Shown here in pieces: positions 31,242 to 42,109 of a stretch of DNA of 64,000 bases; within the stretch, counting starts at the first letter, position 1, and each line of letters begins with the position of its first letter. The position numbers were made by a program, and so were the translations under genes. Source of the stretch: an uncultured virus (IMG/VR IMGVR_UViG_3300033149_003138) (Duplodnaviria; Heunggongvirae; Uroviricota; Caudoviricetes); the IMG/VR virus record IMGVR_UViG_3300033149_003138. One strand, written 5' to 3'. The notes below the pieces were generated by a model that was not told the origin of the DNA, ran no database searches, and saw nothing but the letters and a program-made list of their open reading frames with translations.

Positions 31242-31885
31242 TGAGAAGAAAATCCCCACGAAAGCATACCGTTCATACGAAGCACCCTAGATACAATGTA
31301 CCCCAGTATCCAAGAGGCTCTGATGGGTTTCCACTTCCTTCTAGCCCAACCGAAAAAGAAAGACAGAAACCGAGGGGATTCTGGGAAGAAAGATACTACA
31401 GCCTATTCACCCAGCCTCCACCCTATCGAGAACCTGAAAACCTGAAATATGTTCCAGAAGAACAGTGGCAATATGCCTATTTTTGTGAAAAATCTGGAAG
31501 AGGCTCTGAAAACGCACTTAGATACATTGACCCCACGACAACCGCTACACCGATGTTTGACAACATGCTTGAGAATCCAGACTACTTCCTAAAGAATAAG
31601 GGGAAGTCCTTTGAGATAATCTGGATGTCCCCTCAAAGATACTTTGAAACATGTGCCAAGAATAGAACAGAATACTCAGGAGAATACGCCTCTGCACGAA
31701 ACGAGAGAGAAATGGTAAATGATGAACTTGCTAGAAAATACGCTAACATGATGGAAGGGGGGACATACTTCCCAATGCCAAACATAGATGAGTTTGGAGG
31801 TCAAGAAGGCAGACACAGGGCTAGGGCACTGGAGATGCTTGGCGTAAAACGATTCCCCGTTATGAGAATAAGACAGGTCTCATGA
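31241..31885 (+). CDS. HPRY-leader protein 4 with ParB/sulfiredoxin-like domain
   Basis: Leader MRRKSPRKHTVHTKHPRYNVPQYPRG; C-terminal QEGRHRARALEMLGVKRFPV. Confidence 0.75.
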   Translation: MRRKSPRKHTVHTKHPRYNVPQYPRGSDGFPLPSSPTEKERQKPRGFWEERYYSLFTQPPPYREPENLKYVPEEQWQYAYFCEKSGRGSENALRYIDPTTTATPMFDNMLENPDYFLKNKGKSFEIIWMSPQRYFETCAKNRTEYSGEYASARNEREMVNDELARKYANMMEGGTYFPMPNIDEFGGQEGRHRARALEMLGVKRFPVMRIRQVS

Positions 31886-31901
31886 TCTAAGAGGAAAAAA
31901 G

Positions 31902-33296
31902 ATGGGTAAGAAAAGGAAAAGCCCCAAACGTCACACAGTCCATACAAAGCACCCACGGTACAGGGTGCCACGGTATCCTAGAGGCTCTGATCTACCTCCT
32001 GCCTCCCCCAGCTTGCGTTCTTCACCTCAGAAAAGGGATATTCGTGCTGAGATGCTTGCTCATCAGAGAGGCATGGGAAGGCGTGGGGTTAAGTCAAGGT
32101 TTTCCAGAAGACAGGTTGTGCGTGTTCACCGTGATAGATCACCCAAGGCTAAGGAGGTTGATGAGAGTCTACAGGCAAGAGTGACTGACGATTACAATGT
32201 ATGGATGAGAGACCCAAACAGGTACGATGTCTATGGTGTAGACTATTTTCCTGTTCCTGTGAAGGAGGGAGACCTTGACTGGAATTACAGGGCAATCGAA
32301 GAATCCATGAGAGACTATTATCAGATGGATGACAAGAAGCATCCTAGACCTAAGCCTGTGTTCCATACTGATGGGGCTTCTTATGAGAGGGCTTTTGGCA
32401 GTCCTGCTGTGCCACACGCCTTCTATGAAGGAGAAACCAATGAGATTCACTTTTCCCCCCGAGCAACACGGTTGTTGAGGGAAGGTAAAATCTCGAATAA
32501 AGAGGACTTATGGGCTTTCAAGACTGTGGTTCATGAATATGAACATGCTAGAGGTTCAACGAGAAAGAATACTGGTTCTGCCTTTGATGAAGGTTCAACA
32601 GAGTTGTTAGCTGAGAGATACGCATACATGGCTTTGCAGATGCCTCCAAAACTCAGAGAGGAACTTAAAGAAACATCTTCACCTGCCTATACTGCGTCAA
32701 CATACTCTGTGGCTTCAGTGGCTTTAATTGTCAATGACTACAAGGATGAAAAGGCTATAGAGTGGCTGAAAGACCTTAGAACCGCTACACCGAGAAAACA
32801 GAAATCCATAATACAAAAAGCTGAAGATAAGCTGATAAAAGCTAAAGTGATTCCTGACAACCGAACACTGAGGAAAAAAATCAAGCGTTATGAAAAGAAA
32901 TCTCAGGAATATTGGGACAAAGCGGATAAACTTCGATCTAATGACGAAGAGGGGTCGTTAAGAAAACTTCTTGGGTATCGTGGTGTTGACGATGGGGGTG
33001 TCTTAGATGTTAGCACTGGTCTACCCGATGAAGAAGCATTAGGAGAAATGCCTTGGCTTAAACCCTACGCTGACAAGTTCGTTAGATTACGGACTGAACG
33101 AAAGGAAGCTATAGAAAAGGCTCACGAAAACAGGAAAAAGGCAGATAAATTGAAGGAGAACATAAAAGACCCAGACATCTTCACAGCAAGCCATAAAGAC
33201 ATAGATCAAGAATCCCTTGCATTCAAAGAGCCTTATTTCAAAGTCATCAAAGTCAAAGGAGCAGATTATTCAGGTAGATGGTGGATTGACGTATGA
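31902..33296 (+). CDS. HPRY-leader protein 5 with zincin metallopeptidase-like domain
   Basis: Leader; HAFY...TVVHEYEHA...FDEGSTELLA. Confidence 0.75.
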   Translation: MGKKRKSPKRHTVHTKHPRYRVPRYPRGSDLPPASPSLRSSPQKRDIRAEMLAHQRGMGRRGVKSRFSRRQVVRVHRDRSPKAKEVDESLQARVTDDYNVWMRDPNRYDVYGVDYFPVPVKEGDLDWNYRAIEESMRDYYQMDDKKHPRPKPVFHTDGASYERAFGSPAVPHAFYEGETNEIHFSPRATRLLREGKISNKEDLWAFKTVVHEYEHARGSTRKNTGSAFDEGSTELLAERYAYMALQMPPKLREELKETSSPAYTASTYSVASVALIVNDYKDEKAIEWLKDLRTATPRKQKSIIQKAEDKLIKAKVIPDNRTLRKKIKRYEKKSQEYWDKADKLRSNDEEGSLRKLLGYRGVDDGGVLDVSTGLPDEEALGEMPWLKPYADKFVRLRTERKEAIEKAHENRKKADKLKENIKDPDIFTASHKDIDQESLAFKEPYFKVIKVKGADYSGRWWIDV

Positions 33297-33829
33297 AACG
33301 AAGAACGCCTGTACAACACACAGTAAAGACTAAGCACCCACGCTACAAAGTTCCAAAATATATCAGGGGTCTAGGAACCAGATCAATACAGACTTGGAGA
33401 GTGTACAAGTCATACCCAAATACCCCCGTGGAATACTTTGGCTATACAAGAGACCCAAATCAGGCTCTCTGGATAACGATTGACGGTAGGCTGATAAGTG
33501 GTTCAAAAAACAACAAAAATCCGTGGAGTGACTATCAGCACGCTGACATTGTGAATGCCTATGGTTATCCAAGTTCAGACGTTGAGGCAAGGATTTGGCA
33601 GAAAAGTACAGGTGCTATTCGTATGCGAAGATCGAGTATGTCACCTGACGCTACTCTTAACATAGAACTATATCAAAGACCAACACCCGCCCAGATAAGG
33701 GCAATATCCAAAGCTGTAGGCAGGGAAGGAACCATTTACGTTGACTATTGGGATGAAAGTGGCAACCCAAAAATCAGCCGTAGAGTCAGGAACGCAGGTG
33801 AACTGAAAAGGATGCTTGATTACGCATGA
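33293..33829 (+). CDS. HPRY-leader protein 6
   Basis: MKRRTPVQHTVKTKHPRYKVPKYIRG. Confidence 0.8.
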   Translation: MKRRTPVQHTVKTKHPRYKVPKYIRGLGTRSIQTWRVYKSYPNTPVEYFGYTRDPNQALWITIDGRLISGSKNNKNPWSDYQHADIVNAYGYPSSDVEARIWQKSTGAIRMRRSSMSPDATLNIELYQRPTPAQIRAISKAVGREGTIYVDYWDESGNPKISRRVRNAGELKRMLDYA

Positions 33830-34761
33830 AACGTCAAATCAACTACCCTTCAAAAAGGAAGCCTCCTAGAAAACACGTTGTAAAAACGAAACACCCACGA
33901 TATGTTATACCAAAATACACGAGAGGAAAAGGGTTCCTTCCCTCTAAAACTGTTAAAAGAATAGAGGGTGGAAAATTCATTCACTATGATGACCCGAACC
34001 TATCTCAAGAAGAAAAAATCAGAAGACAACAGAGTGTAATCAGGCTTTTAATGAGAACAGTACCAGATCGTAACCACGGAGAATTTAACCAGATAGTCAT
34101 CGGTGAATACTATGATGGTAAGCGAATAAAATCAATGGGTGTCGCACACCCAGCAGGTGTCATGCAATTACACCCTAACCTAGTTGACATGTACTTTGAG
34201 CCAACAACCGACACATCTCACATCAGCCTCAGCAATACAATATTACATGAATACGGTCACTATGACTATTGGTTTGGACTGGATGAAGACTCAAAGACAG
34301 AGTGGAAAAGATGGTACAACGAGGACTACGCTAAACAAGGTCACAAGTACCCTCTAGGTGCAAGGCTATCTTATGGAACTATAATTGACCCAAAAAGCAG
34401 TTACAGGGAGGCATACGCCGAGGCGTATGCTTTCTATAATAGTCCAAGCAAGAGACAGAGAGAGGGGTTCAAAGAACTTCATCCAGAAATCTATGAGAAA
34501 TTCAAAGAACTATCTAAAATTAAACCAAAGCCCCCGATAAAAAACTATGACAACCATCTCTCAAAAATGACTGGGCAAAAGAAATACAGAAGATTTAACA
34601 AGAAGAAATTTGAGTTAGAGAAAGCGAACTTGGATAAAGAAGCACTAAAACATTTCAAGAAGAACTGGACTCGATACCGTTCAAGAAGGTCAGTGAAATA
34701 CCGTGATCCCAAGGGTAGAGAAAGATACGCTATATACGCGGAGGTTCTAACCAGACCATGA
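33826..34761 (+). CDS. HPRY-leader protein 7 with zincin metallopeptidase domain
   Basis: Leader; TILHEYGHYDY...SY...REAYAEAYAFY...FKELHPEIY. Confidence 0.8.
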   Translation: MKRQINYPSKRKPPRKHVVKTKHPRYVIPKYTRGKGFLPSKTVKRIEGGKFIHYDDPNLSQEEKIRRQQSVIRLLMRTVPDRNHGEFNQIVIGEYYDGKRIKSMGVAHPAGVMQLHPNLVDMYFEPTTDTSHISLSNTILHEYGHYDYWFGLDEDSKTEWKRWYNEDYAKQGHKYPLGARLSYGTIIDPKSSYREAYAEAYAFYNSPSKRQREGFKELHPEIYEKFKELSKIKPKPPIKNYDNHLSKMTGQKKYRRFNKKKFELEKANLDKEALKHFKKNWTRYRSRRSVKYRDPKGRERYAIYAEVLTRP

Positions 34762-35105
34762 CTAGAAGGCACACAGTTCGCACCAAGCATCCACGGTACA
34801 AAGTCCCAGCCTATGAGAGGGGAGGCAAAAGGCTGGGGTTTCTTCCTCCTGAACGTGTAGAGTTTCCTTTAAATGATCCGATTGAGGCAGAAGCCTCTGT
34901 AAACAGGATTGACGAATACTGGGACAAGTCTAACCCCATAGAGCAAGAGGTAATGCTTGAGTCCCTGAAGCAAGGTGCTATAAAAACCAAGGGACTTCTT
35001 GAGGGAAGAGAGATCACAGACCCACAGGAACAGATGAGGGTCTACAAGTCGTACTTGATATATGCAAACGCCTATCAAGCATTTTCAACCCGAATGCTCA
35101 CATAA
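34758..35105 (+). CDS. HPRY-leader protein 8
   Basis: MTRRHTVRTKHPRYKVPAYERG. Confidence 0.75.
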   Translation: MTRRHTVRTKHPRYKVPAYERGGKRLGFLPPERVEFPLNDPIEAEASVNRIDEYWDKSNPIEQEVMLESLKQGAIKTKGLLEGREITDPQEQMRVYKSYLIYANAYQAFSTRMLT

Positions 35106-35164
35106 CTATAGGTCATTTTAAGACTATTTACCCTAGCCCAAGTAACCAACAAAAATTTACGGGT

Positions 35165-35181
35165 TGATACAACATGTATCA
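35165..35181. promoter_or_regulatory. 17-bp palindromic site
   Basis: TGATACAACATGTATCA upstream of a class B-like start (GGGTAAGTATGGC). Confidence 0.65.
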
Positions 35182-35241
35182 CTATACTGGTATCTCGTAA
35201 CAGTTAAATAATGCTGGTTAAAATATAACCTCTGGGTAAGT

Positions 35242-35484
35242 ATGGCTAGTTCAGTTCGCTTTGGATCAACAACAGTATTGATTCTACCCCCTGAAGTTAT
35301 CTCTCGAAGAAAAGTGATAAAATGCGAAAACTGCCCCAAGACTCTATCTGAAGATGAGATCGCAGTCAGTAAGCAGAGAGGTGGGCAACCAGTGAAATAT
35401 TACTGCACCGAATGTGCCCAACAGCTATTTATGTTGACTGATGAAGAGTACAAACACGCTATGGAGGTCTTAGGCTCTGCCTAG
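35242..35484 (+). CDS. Zn-finger protein
   Basis: CENC...CTEC. Confidence 0.55.
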   Translation: MASSVRFGSTTVLILPPEVISRRKVIKCENCPKTLSEDEIAVSKQRGGQPVKYYCTECAQQLFMLTDEEYKHAMEVLGSA

Positions 35485-35843
35485 AAAAAAGGAGTGCCCA
35501 TACTGCGGAGAGTGGGTGCCTAGTCTTGGTCTACACATAAAATATCGTCATCCAATTAAATGGCAAGGCTCTATGAAAAAAACTCTGGAGAAATACCCAC
35601 GTACAACCCTTGTCTACGAATGTAACCTTTGTGGAGAAAGACTGGAGGATCGGAAAATAGAGACACAGATAAAACACCTGAAAACAAAACATGATATACT
35701 TAACATGACTACTGTTAGAGAATTGTCAAGGTACTTTGAAGAGGTGTACCCAGAATGAACGTGATGATGAGGGCAGAACGAATCGAACTGGATACCAAAA
35801 CAGATGACGCAGGATGTTGTATCTTATCGGAGTTGACTGATCA

Positions 35844-36596
35844 ATGACTAAACCAGAGTCAAAACGAGCAATAAAAGCTAGAACATCAAACATGTATCCA
35901 GAGACTAAGACATGGAACCCCTTCGTAGGGTGTCTCTACGACTGCACCTACTGTGAAAAATCCTTCAAAAGCCAATTGAAGAGAGTAGCATGGAACATAA
36001 GCTGTCCTCAATGCTACAAATATGAGCCTCATGAACACCCAGAACGACTCAACAAGATTCCCAGTGCCCCTATAGTCTTCGTGGTGGGAACTGGTGACAT
36101 AGCATTCTGCCCAGAACCCTTCGTAAGAAGAATCTTCAATGCCATAGATCAACACAAACCAAGAATAGAAAAAACCTACTACTTCCAGAGCAAGAACCCA
36201 GCCATATTCAACAACTACATGGATTGGTTCAACGAGAATACAGACAAGGTTATACTCCTAACAACTCTTGAAACCAATAGAAACAATGGATACAGAAAAA
36301 TATCAAAGGCACCACTACCAATTCAGAGATACAAAGACTTCTATGACTTAGAGTACCCCAGAAAAGTTGTAACCATAGAACCTGTAATGGACTTTGATCT
36401 ACACGAGTTTCTTGAATGGATATTCAAGCTGACTGAGCAACAAACACTTGAATACATCTGGTTTGGATACGACTCTAAAAACAGTGGTCTACCAGAACCC
36501 TCAACACAACTAGCACAGGAGTTTGTCAACAAACTACAAGAAGAACTAATCGAAGTTAGAGGAAAAACTTTGAGGGATGTAAAACTTGCCAACTGA
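35844..36596 (+). CDS. DUF5131 / phage Gp37Gp68-like radical SAM protein
   Basis: TWNPFVGCLYDCTYC, FVVGTGD, FQSKNP, TTLETN, VTIEPVMDF. Confidence 0.75.
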   Translation: MTKPESKRAIKARTSNMYPETKTWNPFVGCLYDCTYCEKSFKSQLKRVAWNISCPQCYKYEPHEHPERLNKIPSAPIVFVVGTGDIAFCPEPFVRRIFNAIDQHKPRIEKTYYFQSKNPAIFNNYMDWFNENTDKVILLTTLETNRNNGYRKISKAPLPIQRYKDFYDLEYPRKVVTIEPVMDFDLHEFLEWIFKLTEQQTLEYIWFGYDSKNSGLPEPSTQLAQEFVNKLQEELIEVRGKTLRDVKLAN

Positions 36597-36781
36597 GACA
36601 TTCACAATCAAAGGAAGATGTGGAAAAATTCTTCACGGTAAAATATGGAAGCAGGGTGGAACGCTGAAGTGCCCAAATCACTGGAGTTTCAATACTTACC
36701 CTAAACCCTCAATCGAAGACCTGAGACAAGATATGCTAACATGTTGTAAGGACTGTGAAGAACTGAAGAAGGAGGCTTCAG

Positions 36782-37021
36782 ATGCCTAGATACGGCACTG
36801 CCTATATGGAGGTAAAGAGGATCATTCTAAAAAAAGAGCCAAGAAAAAGGTTCAAGGCAAGTGATCTTGTGCCTCTTCTTGAGAAACGTCTTGGATACGA
36901 CGTAAACTCGAAACGAGTGGGTCAATGCTTGAGAAGACTGCGTGATTCTGGTCTAGTGAGAAAGATACCTGTAACGGGGGAATCCTGTGACTGGGAGTTA
37001 GTGGAGGCTGTAATGCAATGA
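36782..37021 (+). CDS. Winged-helix DNA-binding protein
   Basis: FKASDL...VGQCLRRLRDSGLVRK...WEL. Confidence 0.6.
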   Translation: MPRYGTAYMEVKRIILKKEPRKRFKASDLVPLLEKRLGYDVNSKRVGQCLRRLRDSGLVRKIPVTGESCDWELVEAVMQ

Positions 37022-37376
37022 TGGAAGCTAGAATCGAGTCAAAAGAGGACTTATACCAAACTGGTCTCGACATCCTAAGAGAGCATTCAGAGGAAATCAT
37101 GGTCAGGGTGATGAGAAGCAGGAGAGAGGACAAGGGTAACTTTGCTTATCTTGAGTCTGAAGACATAAAAAGAGAACGAAGGATAGCTAAGGCTCTAAGT
37201 CACATGCTTTGGAGGCTTCATCTGGAGATCGAGGGTAAGACAGAGACCGAGAAAGGCTATTGTGGCTGGATGTGCAAGGATTGTTGGTTCAAGCGTTACA
37301 GGTTTCACTCCCAGAGGGCACCAAATCACTGGTGTAACTGGGAGAAAGAGGGTTGGTACTGTCAATCGGAGTGTGA

Positions 37377-37856
37377 ATGCGAGTGAGTGAACCAAGTGGA
37401 GAATACTGCACCAGATACGTGACTTATGACTATGATCACCCGTGGAACCCATGCAGGTGTCCCAACTGTGGTTCCTTTCTTCCCTCCTCCTTCCCAATGG
37501 ATAAACCGTTTAACTGCCCAAAATGCGGTGAAGTCCTAGAGATTATCCCTGACGTTGATAAAGTAACTGGAAAAGAAGATCATTATAAAGGTAGAATCTG
37601 CATGAAACCAGATCACCTCAAGACAGAAGAAGAGAAAGAGGAACAGAGAAGATACATGGAGTGGAAGAGGTCAAACCCAAGACCAAAGCGGAGAAAGAAG
37701 ACCGACAAGTGGGCTATGGGAGAGGGCTTCGCTAGACGTGTCTGGGTGGGAGCAGACGGAGAGTTCATCAAGATTAACGGTGAAAGGGTTTCAATAGAGG
37801 ATGAGAGGATTCTTCTCATATATGAAGGAGACCTTAGTTGGGAGGTAAAGACTTGA
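37377..37856 (+). CDS. Double Zn-ribbon protein
   Basis: CPNCG...CPKCG. Confidence 0.5.
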   Translation: MRVSEPSGEYCTRYVTYDYDHPWNPCRCPNCGSFLPSSFPMDKPFNCPKCGEVLEIIPDVDKVTGKEDHYKGRICMKPDHLKTEEEKEEQRRYMEWKRSNPRPKRRKKTDKWAMGEGFARRVWVGADGEFIKINGERVSIEDERILLIYEGDLSWEVKT

Positions 37857-38191
37857 CACCACATCAAGACATAATGAATGAAAGAGACTCAGACGAATGG
37901 ACTCTATCTTGGATGAAATGGCTTAAGGAGATCAACAATGATGAATAACTGGGAGGAACTTATAGCAAATAAACCCTTTTCTCTTGAATCATTAGTGTGT
38001 GATGAAGTCGGAAACGACGTTGAAACCGAACACGAAAAATGGGTGAAAAAGATAATCTCAGAGGGAGATAAGATGCACTCCCTACTAGAGAAAATCATTG
38101 ACATTGTTGATAAATGGAAGCCCCTCGACTACAGCATATGTGCCTCTTTTCAATCACTGGAAGACATTCATTCTTTGCTGGAGAATTATAG

Positions 38192-38509
38192 ATGATTTTC
38201 AACGATGATCACGTTGCACAGATATTCGAGGGTACAAAGACTCAGACTCGAAGGGAATCAAACAGATACATTGTAGGAAGAGAATATGCGATCCAGAGAG
38301 GAAGAGGCAAAAAGTCTGAGGGCAGGATTCTTATAGTCAGGAAGTGGGTGGAGACAAATCCATATGACAAGATCAGCGTTGAGGATGCTAAGGCAGAGGG
38401 AGGATACCTACCAGTTGACTACGAAATTCTCTATAACGAGATGCACCCAAACTGGGTTGAACGATACTGTTACGAGTTTAAAATCACAAAGTTGGCTAAC
38501 TGGGAATGA
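38192..38509 (+). CDS. ASCH domain protein
   Basis: IFEGTKTQTRR...ISVEDAKAEG. Confidence 0.75.
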   Translation: MIFNDDHVAQIFEGTKTQTRRESNRYIVGREYAIQRGRGKKSEGRILIVRKWVETNPYDKISVEDAKAEGGYLPVDYEILYNEMHPNWVERYCYEFKITKLANWE

Positions 38510-39108
38510 ATTGGCTTTTCTTTCTCAGGTGGTGGTACTGCCGATGGTGGCATTATGATGACAAGTGGCTGAATTACCGAGATAAGATAGTCCATCTGGT
38601 CTTCATGGCTGGTATCATGTTCTGGTCTCTAAAGGTGTCATCCTTTTGGGGCTTCAACAAGACGGGGGTGATCTTCACCTTATTCAACCTTGGTTTACTG
38701 AAGGAGGCTAGGGACTATTTTATAGGATGGAGACATGAAGATGACCCAACCAATCTTTTCTATTCGAACATAGAGATTATCTTTGACATTTTATCAAACG
38801 TGTTGGGCATGGTTTTTGGATGGGTAATCTTCCATAACTATGGTGGTATCATCAGCGGATGGGCTTTAATTTCTATGATGGGGTTAACATACTTTCTTCA
38901 TAACATCCATTTTGATGTTGAGGGAAATAATGCACTGGTCTTTAACAGGCTGTACATTCTTGATGACTACCCGATTCCATCAGGTAAGGTGGAAGGCAAG
39001 GAAGACCTTCTATACATGTGGGCTGAGAACAGAATCGTAGCCTTCCATAAATGGCTATCAGATGAATACGTTAAGAAGTGGGAGAAAGAGGAAAATGGGC
39101 GTACCTGA
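38506..39108 (+). CDS. Membrane protein
   Basis: DKIVH motif plus ~4 hydrophobic segments. Confidence 0.6.
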   Translation: MNWLFFLRWWYCRWWHYDDKWLNYRDKIVHLVFMAGIMFWSLKVSSFWGFNKTGVIFTLFNLGLLKEARDYFIGWRHEDDPTNLFYSNIEIIFDILSNVLGMVFGWVIFHNYGGIISGWALISMMGLTYFLHNIHFDVEGNNALVFNRLYILDDYPIPSGKVEGKEDLLYMWAENRIVAFHKWLSDEYVKKWEKEENGRT

Positions 39109-39352
39109 AGGCAAAACCAGAGTAAGAGCAAGGTTTGGCATAAAACCCAACCCAATCCATAAAACCTTCGTGGTAGAACTAGAGGCTATGCTAACCAAAA
39201 ACAGAGTCCTAGAACTGAACATAGAGGCAAAGGGAATAGAGCAAGTATGCTCCATGATCAAGGAGTACAGAGAAAAAGGGTGGACACCAGTTGAAGAATG
39301 GGAAGAAAAAGAAGCAAAACACTATAGGTAAAAAAACAGGCTATCTCTATGA

Positions 39353-40067
39353 GATGAAAGCAAAAGACTGGATATTAACAATAATTCTGCTTGCAGTCGT
39401 AGCTACACTCAGCTATTTCTGGTACCTGACCTTCATCTACAAGCCATATCCCTACAGCGATCCCGCACTTCTTGATACCGAACTTGTAAACAACGAAAGC
39501 CTAGTGACGATCAAACTGATCAACTCTCTGAATGAAAGATCAGAAGAGGGAATCTATTGCCGTATCACGAACCCAGTCACGGATGAACGATGGGAGTACC
39601 TGTCAAACAAAGAAGGAAAAGTATGGGTGCTGGTCAACAACACTGAAAACATACGTGTGTACCTGAGTGGAGAAGGATTCCACTCCGAGATAGTTACCTT
39701 CGTCATCACTATGGGAGACAAACAGAACGTCATACACGCCGTAAAACCATTCAACAAGATAAGGTTCTTCGTGCAGGTAGCAAACAGCACCCACGGGATA
39801 CAAGATGCAGAGGTTTACTTTGACGGCTCACAGATTCCAGTGGTCACTGATCAAGACGGTCTAGCTTACATTGAGATCGATGAGCCAAGGACAATGGAGT
39901 ACCTCATAATACCTCCTGAAATCTATGGGGAGCCATACGCATCATCTTACACGGTTGATGATTACTGGGTCTGGGACAAAGTAACCGTCTTCTTTGAAAA
40001 AACACCTAAATACGAACCAGTCTACACATACATTTCCCTTGAAGGCTTTGGGGCACCCTCTGGATAA
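39353..40067 (+). CDS. Membrane-anchored protein with carboxypeptidase-regulatory-like domains
   Basis: N-terminal TM; SNKEGKV and TDQDGLAY repeats. Confidence 0.65.
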
Positions 40068-40080
40068 TGCCCCTATTTCC

Positions 40081-40114
40081 CAATAATCTCTTATAGTTTT
40101 GGTGCCTTCATCTC
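40081..40114 (+). promoter_or_regulatory. Class A promoter
   Basis: CAATAATCTCTTATAGTTTTGGTGCCTTCATCTC. Confidence 0.8.
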
Positions 40115-40126
40115 ACCTAGATAGTT

Positions 40127-41191
40127 ATGGGTAAGAGGCGTTCCCCCCATCGGCACAATGTTCACACCAAACACCCCAGATACAATGTGAATCAGTATAG
40201 TCGTGGTATTGGACTGCCTTCAAACAAACTTATCGAAAGCAGGGAACTTTACAATCTACAGGATAAGTGGCTTGAACACTACTATTTCGGAGATAGAAAT
40301 AGCAGAAACTATCTTGATAACAAAGACCGTAGTAAAATACATGAACACACTATGGATGCAATGAGAGAGTTATCTAAGACTCACTCAGGCTCAGGATACG
40401 TTTACGAAAAGCTGGATAGGATCGAATCAATATATCTGGATGACTATCTCCTCTGGAAGCATTCAAAATCTGGATACCGTCCTTCAGCCAAATACTTCGA
40501 TTTCTTAAGTTTAACCGATAACGATAAAAGGATAATGGCTAAATGGAGGGACTTAGAGAACAGGCACCTCAGACCTAAATATAATGAAATCACAGACCCG
40601 CTTAGAAGAAACGCAATAATCGACTTGATGAATTTAGCTATCATCGAATCAAGAGACAAGCCTGACTTGGATGAGTTTGTACACGGATACTTAAAGGCAA
40701 GAGATTCAATTAACGCATACTTCTACAGCACTAAGAAGCTGTCCAATCAACATGTGCTAAGAGAGTATGGAACCAACCCAAAACACCTTTCTGAAAAACA
40801 AAGAATAAACGTGCTTCTCTTATCGATGAAAGAACGGATGCTTGCAGAAGACTTAGGATACAGTTATTTTGAGCCACTGGTCTACTCCAAGAAGGAACGT
40901 CTATCCCAGTTATCCGAAAACTGGTCTGAAACGGCTGATCGAATTAAAGAAATCCATTATGAAAACAAAAACGCATTTAAAGTCAAAAGAGAACAGGAAG
41001 AAGCTGTCTATGACTTTTATTATGATAGAATCCATCGCGCAAACTCCAATGCAAGTCTTGTACTAATCCAGAACGAGTTTGAGAATGACCCTAGAGTATC
41101 TTCTGAAATGGATCAAGACTTCAAAAAATACATCCGTAAAATAAGGTCTGAAAAAGGATTCTACCCAAACCCTCCCGATAATCTCTTATAG
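40127..41191 (+). CDS. HPRY-leader protein 9
   Basis: MGKRRSPHRHNVHTKHPRYNVNQYSRG; its stop codon is the TAG within the next promoter. Confidence 0.8.
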   Translation: MGKRRSPHRHNVHTKHPRYNVNQYSRGIGLPSNKLIESRELYNLQDKWLEHYYFGDRNSRNYLDNKDRSKIHEHTMDAMRELSKTHSGSGYVYEKLDRIESIYLDDYLLWKHSKSGYRPSAKYFDFLSLTDNDKRIMAKWRDLENRHLRPKYNEITDPLRRNAIIDLMNLAIIESRDKPDLDEFVHGYLKARDSINAYFYSTKKLSNQHVLREYGTNPKHLSEKQRINVLLLSMKERMLAEDLGYSYFEPLVYSKKERLSQLSENWSETADRIKEIHYENKNAFKVKREQEEAVYDFYYDRIHRANSNASLVLIQNEFENDPRVSSEMDQDFKKYIRKIRSEKGFYPNPPDNLL

Positions 41192-41222
41192 TTTCGGTGC
41201 CTTCATCTCCTTGTAGATAGCT
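41176..41222 (+). promoter_or_regulatory. Class A promoter
   Basis: CGATAATCTCTTATAGTTTCGGTGCCTTCATCTCCTTGTAGATAGCT. Confidence 0.8.
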
Positions 41223-41969
41223 ATGGGCAAAAGAAGATCACATAGCATTAATTACCCCTCCAAAAGGAAACGCCCAATAAAACATACTGTACACACCGTA
41301 CACCCTAGATACCAAACCCCTGTCTATTCACGGGGATCAAGAATACCAACCACGCCTAGAGAAACAAAGGCTTTCACAAGAAATGTTAAGAAATTCATTA
41401 GAAACTCAGAAACCAATCAGATAACGGGATTAGCCAAAGTAGAAGATGTTCAGAAGGTCTTCGGTAAGAAGGCTGTAAGAGACATCATCCTATCTGGTGA
41501 AGCATACTGCCCACGACCCAACTTCATCAAGGTGACTGATTCAGCTTCAAACTCAATATTTGGTGAAGACCATGACAAAGTAGTGAAAATGGCTCATGAA
41601 TCGAAGACATTTAATGACTTTGGCAGAGCCTTCATAAAGTATTTCTACGATCCATCAAGAAGTGCAAAGGATGTAAAGATTGGAGAAGTGATTAAATTCA
41701 CACCTCCTAAAAGTGCAGGTGGATACTACGACAGGAAACCTTGGTATGGAAGTGAACGCCTAAGACAATACAATGATTCTTCAGTAAGTGGTAGAGTCAC
41801 GAAAATAAACCCTAAAAGCATCAAGATCGTTCAAGACTTTGAACCTGATTCATGGAACTATAGACATGAATATAAAGTGCCAAAAGACGCAAGAGCCTCC
41901 AGAGATTTAGGAAAATTCTTGGGAAAAGATGAGGCATGGCTTAAAAGAACCTACAACAAATACCACTAA
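41223..41969 (+). CDS. HPRY-leader protein 10
   Basis: MGKRRSHSINYPSKRKRPIKHTVHTVHPRYQTPVYSRG; KOW/SH3-like 'GRVTKINPKSIKI'. Confidence 0.8.
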   Translation: MGKRRSHSINYPSKRKRPIKHTVHTVHPRYQTPVYSRGSRIPTTPRETKAFTRNVKKFIRNSETNQITGLAKVEDVQKVFGKKAVRDIILSGEAYCPRPNFIKVTDSASNSIFGEDHDKVVKMAHESKTFNDFGRAFIKYFYDPSRSAKDVKIGEVIKFTPPKSAGGYYDRKPWYGSERLRQYNDSSVSGRVTKINPKSIKIVQDFEPDSWNYRHEYKVPKDARASRDLGKFLGKDEAWLKRTYNKYH

Positions 41970-42014
41970 TCTGGTGAGTAGCTTTCAGAAGCTAAACAAT
42001 ACAAGTATATCCAG

Positions 42015-42109
42015 ACCGATAATCTCTTATAGTTTTGGTGCCTTCATCTCCTTGTAGATGGCTATGGGCAGGAAAAGAAAAAGCCCAAGAAAACACAGCG
42101 TTCATACAA
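42015..42109 (+). repeat. Class A promoter + leader cassette, copy 1 of a 95-bp near-identical repeat
   Basis: 93/95 identical to 43855-43949. Confidence 0.85.
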
